A DNA stretch of 64,000 nt from Macrostomum lignano (Eukaryota). Below the pieces are notes generated by a model, which was not told the origin of the DNA, searched no databases, and saw only the letters and a program-made list of their open reading frames with translations. This document shows positions 10,417 through 21,734 of this stretch, one piece after another. Numbering within the stretch: the stretch's first letter is position 1; the number at the start of each line of letters is the position of its first letter. Made by a program: the position numbers and the translations under genes. The stretch lies in the NCBI GenBank assembly GCA_002269645.1, contig NIVC01000561.1, positions 124,001 through 188,000 of the forward strand. The letters are read 5' to 3'.

Positions 10417-13400
10417 ATGACGGACCCACCTGAGCCGCAGAAGTTCGAGTCAGTGCTCGAGTCGGTGCTCGAGTTGCGAGACTGCGGCCTCCTCACTGAG
10501 TGGCTCATCCATGGCGGCAGTCCTGACGAGCAGGACTCTGACGGCAGGTCCTTCCTGCACGTCGCCAGCTTTCTAGGAAATGCAGAGGCCGCGCGGCTGC
10601 TCGTGGAGGCCTCAGCGAACGTCGATCTGGCCGCAGCTGACGGCTCTACGCCGCTGCACGAGGCTGTCCTCGGTGGCAGCGAGCAACTGACGCGGCTTCT
10701 GCTACGAGCCGGAGCGAGTCCAGCCGCCCGGACGGTGGGCGGCGCCCTGCCGATGCACCTGGCCGCGACCATTGAGTCCGGCGACGACATCGCGCGGCTG
10801 CTGGCCGGACCGACCTGCGCCGCCACCGACAGCCGTCAGGAGCCGCCACCGGTCTCGGGAGCTTCCGGCCCGCTGCCGACTCCGCTGTTTCTGTGCGTCA
10901 TGGTCGGCCGGGCTGGCGCTGTGGACGCCCTGACTGCCGCCGGGGCAGACCCGAACTGCTGCCCCTCGGAGCTCGAGCTGGAGGCCCTTCAGCAGCTGCT
11001 GTGGGCTCTGATAAAGGCTTCGCCTAGTCGGATTTCATTTCTGAAGATATTACAACTCGTATTCGTTTATGAAAATTTTTTTGTGCCCTAAACGGGACGG
11101 CGATGAAGGTCGCAGCAATACTGGGCAATGCCGAGATCGTTCGAATATTGCTGAGTGCCGCTGCAGATCCCGACAGGCGGAACCCGAGCAGCTCTCTTGG
11201 TTTAACTCCACTTCATGAGGCTGTACTATTTGGGCACATTGATGTGATGAGCCGGCTACTTAACGCAGGTGTGAATGTCGATATTACGGATGAAGAAGGC
11301 TTCACTTCTGTTCACCATGCCCTGCCAAGTGACTGTGGGCCTGAAGCACTCGCAGTTCTCCTCAGAGCCGGAGCCAATGTTGATTCATCATCAGATACTG
11401 GTGCAACGCCTCTTCATTTAGCAGTCTTGTATGGTTTTCAGGAGGTCGCGAAGCTGCTGATCAGTGCCAGGGCGAATGTCGACGCTCGAAACTCCAATGG
11501 CGACACGCCGCTGCACCATGCAATTTATAAAAGTAGAGCAGAGCTGGTTGCCATGCTGCTCAGAGCTGGAGCCAGGGTCGACCTGCTGAACAACCGAGGT
11601 CAAACTCCCCTGGCCCTGGCTGTTGATAAAACATCCCCGGAGATCGTCAGCGAGCTGATTAGAGCTGGAGCTTCAGCCGATATGAGCAGCAATAACAACA
11701 AGGATTTGGTCAAGGAGGCCCTCGAGTGTCGGCAGCTGTCCATGGCTCGCATGCTGATTGACGCCTCTGCCAAAATAGATGAAAAAAAGAGCTCAGAGTG
11801 GTTTATGCTTGCCTTAATGGCTGGTTTCACAGAGGCGTTGCAGCTTCTGATCGATGCTGGTGTCAGGCTGGATCAGACAGAGCCGATGGGCCTCATGCTG
11901 TCCTTCTTTACTTCTTTTCAAGAAAATGCCTCAGTCAGAAAGTTGCTGCTTGCTGCCGGAGCGGACATCCCAGCAGATTTGACCAGCTTCTTTTTCGCAA
12001 TCTCAGCCCCCGATCCGTCCAGCCCAGCCGCAGCGCCGACCGTCCGGTCAGCGGAGGAGCAGCGCCAGTTCAGCTCGCGGCTGTCCGAAGCCATGCGAGC
12101 CGCCGGGTTCAAGCAGGCCAACGCGGCAGTTCAGAGCGGCGCTGCGGCCGCGCTGCAGGACATCCTGAGAGACCTGATGGACGACAAGGACATCTTCGTG
12201 TTCGGCAGCTTCGCAGACGGATGGGGCAGCAGCCTGGAGATTCTGAACGGGGAGATCAGCTGGGACTCCGACATTGACGTCACCTTCATGGAGTCCGGTA
12301 GACTTCTGTGCCTGGACTGCGGCTCTGCCGGCTGGACCGGCTGCAGTGGCTGCGGCAGAGATGCGATCCGAGTGCAGTGTGAGAACGGACACGCCTACTA
12401 TGAGCATGGCTGTGAGTAGCTCAATGCCTCTTGAGCATGTAATCATATAAACCAGTAGCTTTCTAAGTGAATGGACCCTCTGGCTTAGCAGATAGTTGCT
12501 GAGAGCTCTGGCTTGGTTCGTGCACTTCGACCCGGCTCTACGGGTCGAGAATTGAAACAGGCAGTGGAGCCTACAGGAGGGAGTTCGACTCAGGTGATGC
12601 AGCAGTGTAACACGGGCCCCACATTGGCAGGATTGTCTGCGTGAAGTCTGGGATTTCTCACAGACTGCTGTCGCTAGGCTGGGTGCCTGGGGGCAAACAC
12701 TTCCCAAACACTTCACAAATGTGTGCGGATTAGTTAAGTTTGCCTTTCCCTGCTTTCTGCTTTCCAGCTGGACTAAGGAGCTATTATCCCGGAATCTAAT
12801 GTGTGTGGATAGAAACAGATAGAAATTGGAGGAAAATTTGGTGGCGCGGCGCCCTACCAAGTCCTGATGCAGCAGGAAAATTTTTGCTGGAATCAAAATA
12901 AACTTAAGTTCGAAAAATCATTTAGTCAGCATTTTTGTCGACACATCCATCTACACATTTACAGCCACGGGACCAAACATGGCAAGGAATCAACCATTTG
13001 AGTTCACAACGATTTTTTCTGGTACCCACGTGAATATCGATTTAATATCTGCCGTGACCTGCTGCCGCTACCCCCGCATCGAGCTGCTGCAGCCCGACTA
13101 CTCAAACCGCAGAGGCCAGCCGTCCCAGATGCCTCAGCGCATCCTGAACCAGCTCAACCAGGAGGCTCTCGGCGACTCTCCAAAGTGCCACGCGGTCGCT
13201 GCGTCGCCTCCTCACAAACGGCCTGGCAGCTGCATGCGGGTGAGCACAACCCTGCTGGAGAGAGCCGTCATGCACAGCCTCACCACCGTGCAGGGCCAGT
13301 TCTTCATCCTCGTCAAGTTCCTCATCAAGAAGGTGATCAGCATCGAGATGAAGGTGAGCGGTCTGAAGACGTACATGGCCAAGAACCTGCTGTTCTACAT

Positions 13401-15013
13401 GCTCGACGAGACGCCGGAAGAAGAATGGAAGCCAGAAAACTTGCTGCAACTCGTGCGGCAGTCGCTGCAGCTGCTGGTCGAGATGATGGAGAGCTCAGAC
13501 TCCGATACAGTGTGCATGAAGCACTTCTTCCTACGAGATGCAGATGTATACTTCAAAAAGAGTCAACCGCCGAAGAAGGACATTGTGGATGCGGTCAATG
13601 GGGTGATTGACGAGCTTCCTCGTTGGCTACATCAATTCCAAGGCCAGCTGAGAAAAAATGCGAGCAACTCTGTGCGGTTCGAGCCTTTCAGGCTGTTGCA
13701 GGCCTTCCGTATCTCAAGTGACGTGCAGCGGTACTCGGGCTACAGCTCAATCTGGGGCTTGGTGAGTCATTGCCTGCTTAAACTCGGCTCGGACCGGCGG
13801 GGTCAGTCGGAGTCCGAGCACCTGTCGGAGCTGCTGCAGCTGATCGATGAGCTGCCAGACTGCGCCAGATCAGCCAGAGAGAGCCTCAGGCTGATGGCGC
13901 ATCTCAAAGTCGGAGCACCGCTGGATGCGGCCGGTGCTGCAGCGGGACTGACGGGTCAGGAGAGCAGCGGCATCGAGTGTCCGGAGAGTCCTGGCGGAGG
14001 CAACGAGCTGCTGTCGGTGGGCGAGGCGAAGGAGCTCGTGTGGCGGCACCTGGAGGAGACTGCAGACTCCGCCACGGTTTTTTTTTTAGTTTTTGAAGAG
14101 GAACTGGATTTTGGATTTCTGCCATCTCGCGGCAATTTATCACTGATCAAGTCTGCAGGAAACAGATTAGAGCTGGAATTTTGTGAAACAAATATTCCGA
14201 ACATTGATTTTAGAAAACTTCTGGCGAGTCTGGCTGCTCAGGATGAGGCAGCTTCAACTGAGTCGCAGAATGTTGAGCCCAACCTACAAATGGTTTCAGC
14301 TGTGTCCAGCAAATTCTTAGTTTTAGCTTCTGAATTTGATGAAGAGAATCTTGCTTCCCTTTTCAACAGGCTGAGTGAAATGATTCAGCAGGTTCCGCAA
14401 CTTTTCGATTTTGCTTTATTAATGGTAAGATTGCGTCACAATAATCAGCCTAGAGTTTCTCCCCTGACTTTCGTGACCATTCTGAATTTTCAGGTTGAAA
14501 ATTTTCCTGAGTTTTGGAGCTTTATCGTAAACTCTTTGGCGGGTGTGCTGCATTGCATCCTGCATGATGAGACACCAGAAGACCTCCGCAACTTCAGAGC
14601 CGCAGCCGCGGATCCGCAGGCCCTGCAGCAGCTCCTGCAGTCAGAAATCGATGCCGTACCGAGCGACCCTGACTTGCCGTCTTCTCTACAGCCTTTTCTC
14701 GAGCGAATCCATGACTTCGTACGTCTGAATTAAATTTAAACAATTTTTTATCCAATTTCAATTTAGGTAGCCATGTAAAGTTGCAGCAATTGTAAATCCT
14801 AGAAACAGCAGATGGTGATTGAACTGTCAGTAAAGTTTTTGTGAATTCTATGTTCTGCCTTTGCCACCATTCCAGCTTCAGGATGAAAGAATTTTAAGCC
14901 TACTCACGGTGCTGCTGCCCATGGCGCTGGATGCAGCTGAGAGGCTGAGATCTGAGGATGAAGCTGGCGAGATGCGGCAGCTGCCCGGACCGCAAGAGGA
15001 TGCTGAGGGCTGA
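10417..15013 (+). CDS. Gene A: ankyrin-repeat / Mab-21 (cGAS-like, cGLR) nucleotidyltransferase fusion; exons 10417-12411, 12965-14718, 14876-15013; ~1295 aa after adding one T at 11076-11082
   Basis: About 12 ankyrin repeats (TPLH motifs), then FVFGSFADGW-x-DSDIDV (NTase GS and DxD). The phase-1 intron (gtgagt...tttacag) joins in frame to HVNIDLI (third acidic residue). Mab-21 C-lobe motifs follow: MRVSTTLLERAVM, LKTYMAKNLLFY, EEEWKPENLL, MKHFFLRDADVY. A phase-0 intron (gtacgt...ttccag) opens a 45-aa acidic terminal exon. Confidence 0.85.
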
Positions 15014-15251
15014 CTGCTCCATGGATTTGGATCACTGCTGACTGACATTGCAGTTCACATGATTTTTTTCCGGATGGGAAGTCTCAGCATAAAGAGGCTG
15101 GACCCGTGCCCCTCCCAGAGCCATAAACTCATTTTTAATCAACCAGAGTTTTTTGTTAATTATTTTTAAGTTTTCTTCTGCACACCAGACAATTCATATT
15201 TATCATCCTTCAGTATATTTTACATTTTCTATTCATTTCTTCTGTATTTTC

Positions 15252-15470
15252 CAGGGGCGTCGCCGTGGATTTTATGGTGGGGGACAAGCCAAGAATTCTG
15301 CATGACTCAATTCCTGCATCATTTTGTGAATCGGTGTTGTTGGCAACGTGAAGCAAAATTATTGAACTCCAGAACGGGTCCCCATTGGTGGGTGGGGGAA
15401 CAAAGCACTGGCATGTCCCCAGCTTTTACTTTGCTCAGCTTCTGCTTGCCCCTCCGGTGGCGACTCACCA
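15252..15470. mobile_element. Possible degenerate MITE (hAT-like ends); partial second copy at ~20022-20215
   Basis: Left end caggggcgtcgcc and right end ggtggcgactc form an imperfect inverted repeat. No TSD verified. Confidence 0.3.
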
Positions 15471-16154
15471 ACAGATTTTCTGCATAACTATCAATAATCT
15501 CAAGATTCGAGATGTTTTCATAACCATGCGTGTAAAACTTGACTATCCAACATTTGTTTTCTTGGACAGTAGAGATCTTGGATTTTATCTTAGTTTTCTG
15601 CTATTTAAACAAATTTATCTTTACCAGCGTTAATTCTGCTTCAAAGATTTTATCAGTTTACCAATATCAATTACTAATTATTTAACTACTGAAACCAAAA
15701 ATATATTTTAATCGAGTCATTTATAGAATTCGACTCAGCCAAGCAGAATCCTCGATGCCAGTTTTTTGTCAAACAATTTTTAAAAATAATTTTCCGGATT
15801 ATTGAATGATCTGTTTCTGTCAGCTAAGCTTTCAAACTGAGTAATATAATCACACTAAAGGGCTCACCAGAGTTCTAGATTCGGGGACAGTGGATGCTCA
15901 CATCACTTGCACGAAACAAGAAACCATTACGTCAGAAGTCTGGGACACTGGGAGTTGCACTGATGCAGCTGCAGCATCATCTTAACTGCAGTCTTTTGAC
16001 ATAAGCCTGCATTTTAGTTAGGGTCTGAGAGGCACCAGTCTTGGTATTGACCTTGAATTTGCTTTCAAAAGAAGTTTTAGAAGCAGGAGGCTGTGTGCAC
16101 CCTATGGCGCACTTTAAGCGACATTGTCGCACAACCGGCGAGAGGCATTACTGC

Positions 16155-16404
16155 CCATTCTGCCGACTCCCCTGAGCAGGCACACAAGCGCGCGGATACG
16201 TACGCAGTCATACGCACAGGCACACACTCACACAGGAGTGCACAGCGGCCCCAACTTATATTTATCGTTAGGCATGTACACTTCACTGCGCCTTGGGGGT
16301 TGGGCCTAAATTGAACGATCAGAGATTGATGTGACTGCATTTAGAATCGAGCCTGGGCCGCTGGCCCATCAGAGCACCGCAATGGACCACTGGGCTACGG
16401 CTGC
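16155..16404 (-). mobile_element. tRNA-derived SINE copy 1
   Basis: The minus strand begins with Pol III A-box (TAGCCCAGTGG) and B-box-like (GGCTCGATTC) motifs. The body matches 35738-36025. Confidence 0.7.
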
Positions 16405-16927
16405 GGCCCTCCTAAGCGTCTAACATCCTCTTCTTTGAGTGTCTGCTTGGCTGTTCGACAATTGTGACTTTCGCTCAGGTGCCGAGTCTCTGACTTTCGA
16501 TCGTATTTAAGCAATTTTGCATTAAAGCTACTGGCAGTAGTCAGACTGAGTTCTGATCTGGACTCGACCTGCGTATGCATGTACCAGCCCAAGGGCTCTA
16601 ATTCAAGTAGCCTGGAAACCTACACGGATTTTCTGTCTTGGGGAAACATTGAAGCAATCATTCATTCAATTCATGACGGTAGAAGGCATCGGGGTCACCA
16701 GCAATCTGTTTTTACATAATTTTCCAGTATTCGGGACCAAGACCTGGTTCCAGATTCTTTCATTACTTTTATTGGGTTTAGAAATTTCTAAATAAGGAAT
16801 TTATGACTCTTTCACCGACTGCAGCAGTACGAATGCTGTATAATTCACATCTCTTTTTCGAATTCTCTTCTCCTGCACTTTTCTGTTACCGAATTTTCAG
16901 CCCGATGAAACAGCAACTTTGGGCTGT

Positions 16928-17568
16928 GTCAACCACCTGTGTGTTAGACAGCAGTGTCACCTGTGTGTTGAACAGCAGTATCACCTGTGTGTTGAACAGC
17001 AGTGTCACCTGTGTGTTAGACAGGAGTGTCACCTGTCAGTTAGGTGACAGGAGTGTCACCTGTGTGTTAGACAGCAGTGTCACCTGTGTGTTAGACAGCA
17101 GTGTCACCTGTGTGTTAGACAGCAGTGTCACCTGTGTGTTAGACAGCAGTGTCACCTGTGTGTTAGACAGCAGTGTCACCTGTGTGTTGAACAGCAGTGT
17201 CACCTGTGTGTTAGACAGGAGTGTCACCTGTCAGTTAGGTGACAGGAGTGTCACCTGTGTGTTAGACAGCAGTGTCATCTGTGTGTTAGACAGCAGTGTC
17301 ACCTGTGTGTTAGACAGCAGTGTCACCTGTGTGTTAGACAGCAGTGTCACCTGTGTGTTAGACAGCAGTGTCACCTGTGTGTTAGACAGCAGTGTCACCT
17401 GTGTGTTGAACAGCAGTGTCACCTGTGTGTTAGACAGGAGTGTCACCTGTCAGTTAGGTGACAGGAGTGTCACCTGTGTGTTAGACAGCAGTGTCATCTG
17501 TGTGTTAGACAGCAGTGTCACCTGTGTGTTAGACAGCAGTGTCACCTGTGTGTTAGACAGGAGTGTCA
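16928..17568. repeat. 24-bp satellite (GTCACCTGTGTGTTAGACAGCAGT), array 1, with ~195-bp higher-order period
   Basis: Tandem units. The variant gtcacctgtcagttaggtgacagg recurs at about 17030, 17225 and 17445. Confidence 0.95.
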
Positions 17569-17682
17569 TCTTGATGATATGAAATCATACAGAACAGTTG
17601 AAATCCACAGGGCAGGATTTCGCTCCTTATTAAAACAAAGACTAGCTACCACAACAGCATTGTCCCCAAAAGGACCGATACG

Positions 17683-19783
17683 GGTTGTAAGGAGATCGCA
17701 AAGCTGCTGATCGGTGCCAGGGCGAATGTCGACGCTCCAGACTCCGATGGCAACACGCCGTTGCACCACGCAGTTCGTAAAAGAAGAGCAGAGCTGGTTG
17801 CCATGCTGCTCAGAGCTGTAGCCAGGGTCGAACTGCTGAACAACTGGCGTGAAACTCCCCTGACAATGGCTGTTGTTTATATGAGAACCCCGGACATCGT
17901 CAGCGAGCTGATTCGAGCTGAAGCTTCTGCCGATATGAGCAGCAACAACAATGAGGATTTGGTCAGCCATGCCATCAAGTGTCGGCAGCCGACCGTGGCT
18001 CGGATGCTGATTGACGCTTCTGCCGACAACATGTTAGAGTGGTTTGTACTTGCTATAGGGACCGGTTTCACAGAAGTGGTGCCAGTTCTTATCGATGCAG
18101 GGGTCAGGTTTAATCAAACAAGGCTGATGATTCCAAGCAATGACTCAGTCAGACAGTTGCTGGTTGCCGCTGGAGCAGAAATCGCACCAGAAGCGTTGAC
18201 CAGCTTCTTTTCTGCAATCTCAGCCCCCGATCCGTCCAGCCCAGCCGCAGCGCCGACCGTCCGGTCAGCGGAGGAGCAGCGCCAGTTCAGCTCGCGGCTG
18301 TCCGAAGCCATGCGAGCCGCCGGGTTCAAGCAGGCCAACGCGGCAGTTCAGAGCGGCGCTGCGGCCGCGCTGCAGGACATCCTGAGAGACCTGATGGACG
18401 ACAAGGACACCTTCGTGTTCGGCAGCTTCGCAGACGGGTGGGGCAGCAGCCTGGAGACTCTGAACGGGGAGATCAGTCCGGACTCCGACATTGACGTCAC
18501 CTTGATGGAGTCCGATAGACTTCTGTGCCTGGACTGCGGCTCTGCCGGCTGGACCACCTGCAGTGGCTGCGGCAGAGATGCGATCCGAGTGCAGTGCGAG
18601 AACGGACACGCCTACTATGAGCATGGCTGTGATTGTCGGATATGCCTGTCGGAACATGCCTGTCGGAGCTGCTGCAGCTGATCGGTGAGCTGCCAGACTG
18701 CGCCAGATCAGCCAGAGAGAGCCTCAGGTTGATGGCGCATCTCAAAGTCGGAGCACCGCTGGATGCGGCCGGTGCTGCAGCAGAACTGACGGGCCAGGAG
18801 AGCAGCGGCATCGAGTGTCCGGAGAGTCCTGGCGGAGGCAGCGAGCTGCTGTCGGTGGGCGAGGCGAAGGAGCTCGTGTGGCGGCACCTGGAGGAGACCG
18901 ACACTGCCGCAGTGCTTCAGTTTCGGTTCAAAAAGGAATTGGATTTTGGATTTCTGCCATCTCGCGTCAAGAAATTATTTATCGTTTTTTTCAGGCGTCA
19001 GATGGAAGCCGGAATTCTTCTGGTCGAAAATTCCTCCAATAGATTTTCGAAAACTTCTTGCGAGTCTGGCTGCTCAGGATGAGGCAGCTTCAACTGAGAC
19101 GCAGAATGTTAAGCCCAATCTGCAAATGATTCAAGCTGGGTCCAGCAATTTTTTGGATGAAGAGAATTTACCTCCCGATGTAGACTGGCTGCTTATATGG
19201 AGTGAGCAGGCTCCGCAAATTTTCGATTTTGTTTTTTCTATGGTAAGATTGCGCCGTAATGCTGGGTATTCTGCTGAGAGTTTCTACCATGACTTTTGTG
19301 ACCACTCTGAATTTTCAGGCCGAAAAGTTTCCTGAGGTTTGGAGTTACTTTTTTAACGGCTTAGCAAGTGCATCGTATTGCCTGCTCCAGGATGAGGTAG
19401 CAGCTGTAGACGAAGCTCAAGAAGTACTCCGCAAGCTCAGAGCCGCAGCCGCGGATCCGCAAACCCTGCAGCAGTTCCTGCAGTCTTTAGTGGATGACGA
19501 ACTATTGTATGATGATGAAGAACTGAGGGAATTCGTACGTATTTCGTACGTATTAAATTCGTACGTAATTTAAACAGCAGGTGGTGATTGAATTGTCAGT
19601 AAAGTTATAGTGAATTCCACTGTTGTGTCTTTCCGACCATTCCAGCTTCAGGATGAAAGAAAGTTAAACATAATCACGACGGTGCTGCCCATGGCGCTGG
19701 ATGCAGCTAAGAGGCAGTTGTCCGAGGATGAAGCTGGCGAGATGCGGCAGCTGCCGGGGTCACAAGAGGATGCTGAGGACTGA
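17683..19783 (+). pseudogene. Gene B: 5'-truncated, internally deleted ANK-cGLR pseudogene
   Basis: Starts mid-ankyrin (homologous to gene A ~11440) and keeps GSFADGW/DSDID. At 18632-18659 it jumps to the equivalent of A 13821, losing intron 1, the third Asp and most of the Mab-21 lobe, with at least two further frameshifts (~18990, ~19270). It retains exon 3 (19646-19783). Confidence 0.85.
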
Positions 19784-20769
19784 CTGCTCTATGGATTTTG
19801 ATCCCTGCTGACTGACATTGCAGTTCACATGATTTTGTCCGGATGGGAAGTCTCAGCATAAAGAGGCTGGACATACATAAACATATTTTTAATCAACCAG
19901 AGTTTTTTTGAAATTTTTAAAAGTTTTTTTCTGCATGCGAGACATACGTAGCTCATATTTATTATCTTTTAGTATATTTTACATTTTCTTTTTATTTTAT
20001 TCGAAACTTTCTTTTGTAATTTCCAGGGGCGTCGCCATGGATTTTATGATGGGGGGGCAAGCCAAGAATTCTGCATGACTCAATTCCTTCATCATTTTGG
20101 GAATCGGTGCTGTTAGCACTCATTTTGGCAGAGTGAAGCAAAATTTTTGACTTCCATAACGGGTGACACTTGGTGCAGGTTGGGGAACAAAGCCTTGCCA
20201 TGTCCCCCGTAGCTTTTGCTTCTTTTACTGAGCTTTTACATGGCCGCTGATATTTTCTAGATTTTCTACATAACCATCAATAATTTCGAGATTAGATAGA
20301 CTTTTAATCTTAGCAAACGACTTTATGTATATTATAACAGCTTTTAATAAATCATAATTCATTTTCGCTAAAAAAATAAATTTAATAATTCTCTGGATTA
20401 TGTGCTGATCTGTTTCTGTCAACTAAGCTCGCAAACTCAGTAATATAATCAGATTAATAAGCTCATCAGAATTCAAGATTTGAGATCAAGGACACTGGGT
20501 GCTCAAATCACCTGCACGAAATAAGTAACCGTTGAGTCAGAAGTCCGAGACACTGGGAGTGGCACTGATGCAGCCGCAGCATCATCTTGACTGCAGTCTC
20601 TGGCATAAGTGTGTACTTCTGTTAGGGTCTGAGAGACACCAGTCTTGGTATTGACCTTTAATCTGCTTTCGAAGAAGTTTTAAAGCTTCAAGCGTCTCAT
20701 ATTTATCAGTTAGAAGCAGGAGGCTGCGTGCACTCTTCATGGCAATGAGCCGTGGCAATTTCAACGCAA

Positions 20770-21475
20770 CCAATTAATTGAAGCCAAGTTTTTATCCAGC
20801 ATCTTGCAAAGCGTATCTTGCATCAGTCAATCAATTTAAACTTTTATTTTAAGATTTTAATAATTAAACTGCATAGGAATTGCAAAATCAACAGTACAAA
20901 AGCAGTGTCAGCATTTCATGTTAATTTTTTGTAGGCTAACATCCTACTGGTCGATAAAAGTACTGAAAGTCATTAAATAAAAATAATAAACTAGACTGAC
21001 GTTCTTATTCTTTCAATACTTCTACGAGTACAATTTGCTGATTTCTGTAGAAGTAAAGATTGCATGCCTAATTAAAGGAACATCCGTGAAAGGTGCAATT
21101 GTTGAAGGCAAACTTCGTACCAACAGAATAGGCAGCTTCAGAGCTAACACTAACCTCCGTCGATACTACAGTCTTACCGACGACCTCAACAGCATCAGCA
21201 TGTTCGGGTGTCTTGCTCTTGTATTGGTTGAGCACCGAATTCGGAATGGTATGCAAATTGCGCTGAAGATTCTCCTCTGTGAGGAATGTCTTCAACCGCT
21301 GTCCATGGCTGATCATCTGCTTCGTCTGCTGGTAGGCTGTCAATCTCGGCGATGTCCATGGCGCTGATATCTACGCCACCTTCCCGCAGGAGCGGCAGAT
21401 GCTCATCGGGCTCGGGCTCCTTTTGTATGAATTCGAGAAATCTAGCGAACTCGTTGTCCCTTCAATTCTGTCATT
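20770..21475 (-). other. Foreign coding-like fragment interrupting the duplicated unit (unknown gene/TE 3' end)
   Basis: Absent from the A and C units. The minus strand reads EFARFLEFIQKEPEPDEHLPLL... and, in another frame, ends FAFNNCTFHGCSFN*. Family not identified. Confidence 0.3.
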
Positions 21476-21479
21476 GCTC

Positions 21480-21595
21480 GAGCAGAGCCAAGCCGAGATT
21501 CCAATTCAGCCCCAAATGAATGTGACTGCACTTGGAATCGAGCCTGGGCCGCTGGCACATCAGAGCGCCGCGCTGGACCACTGGGCTACCGCCCC
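21480..21595 (-). mobile_element. tRNA-derived SINE copy 2 (head only)
   Basis: The minus strand reads GCGGTAGCCCAGTGGTCCAGCGCGGCGCTCTGATGTGCCAGCGGCCCAGGCTCGATTCC (A and B boxes). The body is cut off by the 20770-21475 insert. Confidence 0.7.
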
Positions 21596-21734
21596 CCCCC
21601 CCTAAGAGTCTACCAACCTACTTGGAGTGTCTGCTTGCTGCTCGATAAATGTGACTTTCTCTCATTTGCTGAGTTTGACAGTTGATCATATAGCTATTTG
21701 AGTAACTTTGCATTGAAGCTACTGGCAGTAGTCA

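Noticed and set aside
12979-14733. Treating ORFs 12979-14733 and 26770-28554 as stand-alone genes
   Set aside because: They lack the GS/DxD motifs, which lie in the upstream exon. A conserved in-phase acceptor sits 14 nt before each ATG.
20400-20475. Hammerhead ribozyme (CTGATGA...GAAA on the minus strand; similar at ~30160-30230)
   Set aside because: Stem II does not close onto GAAA, and the core is not conserved in the third copy.
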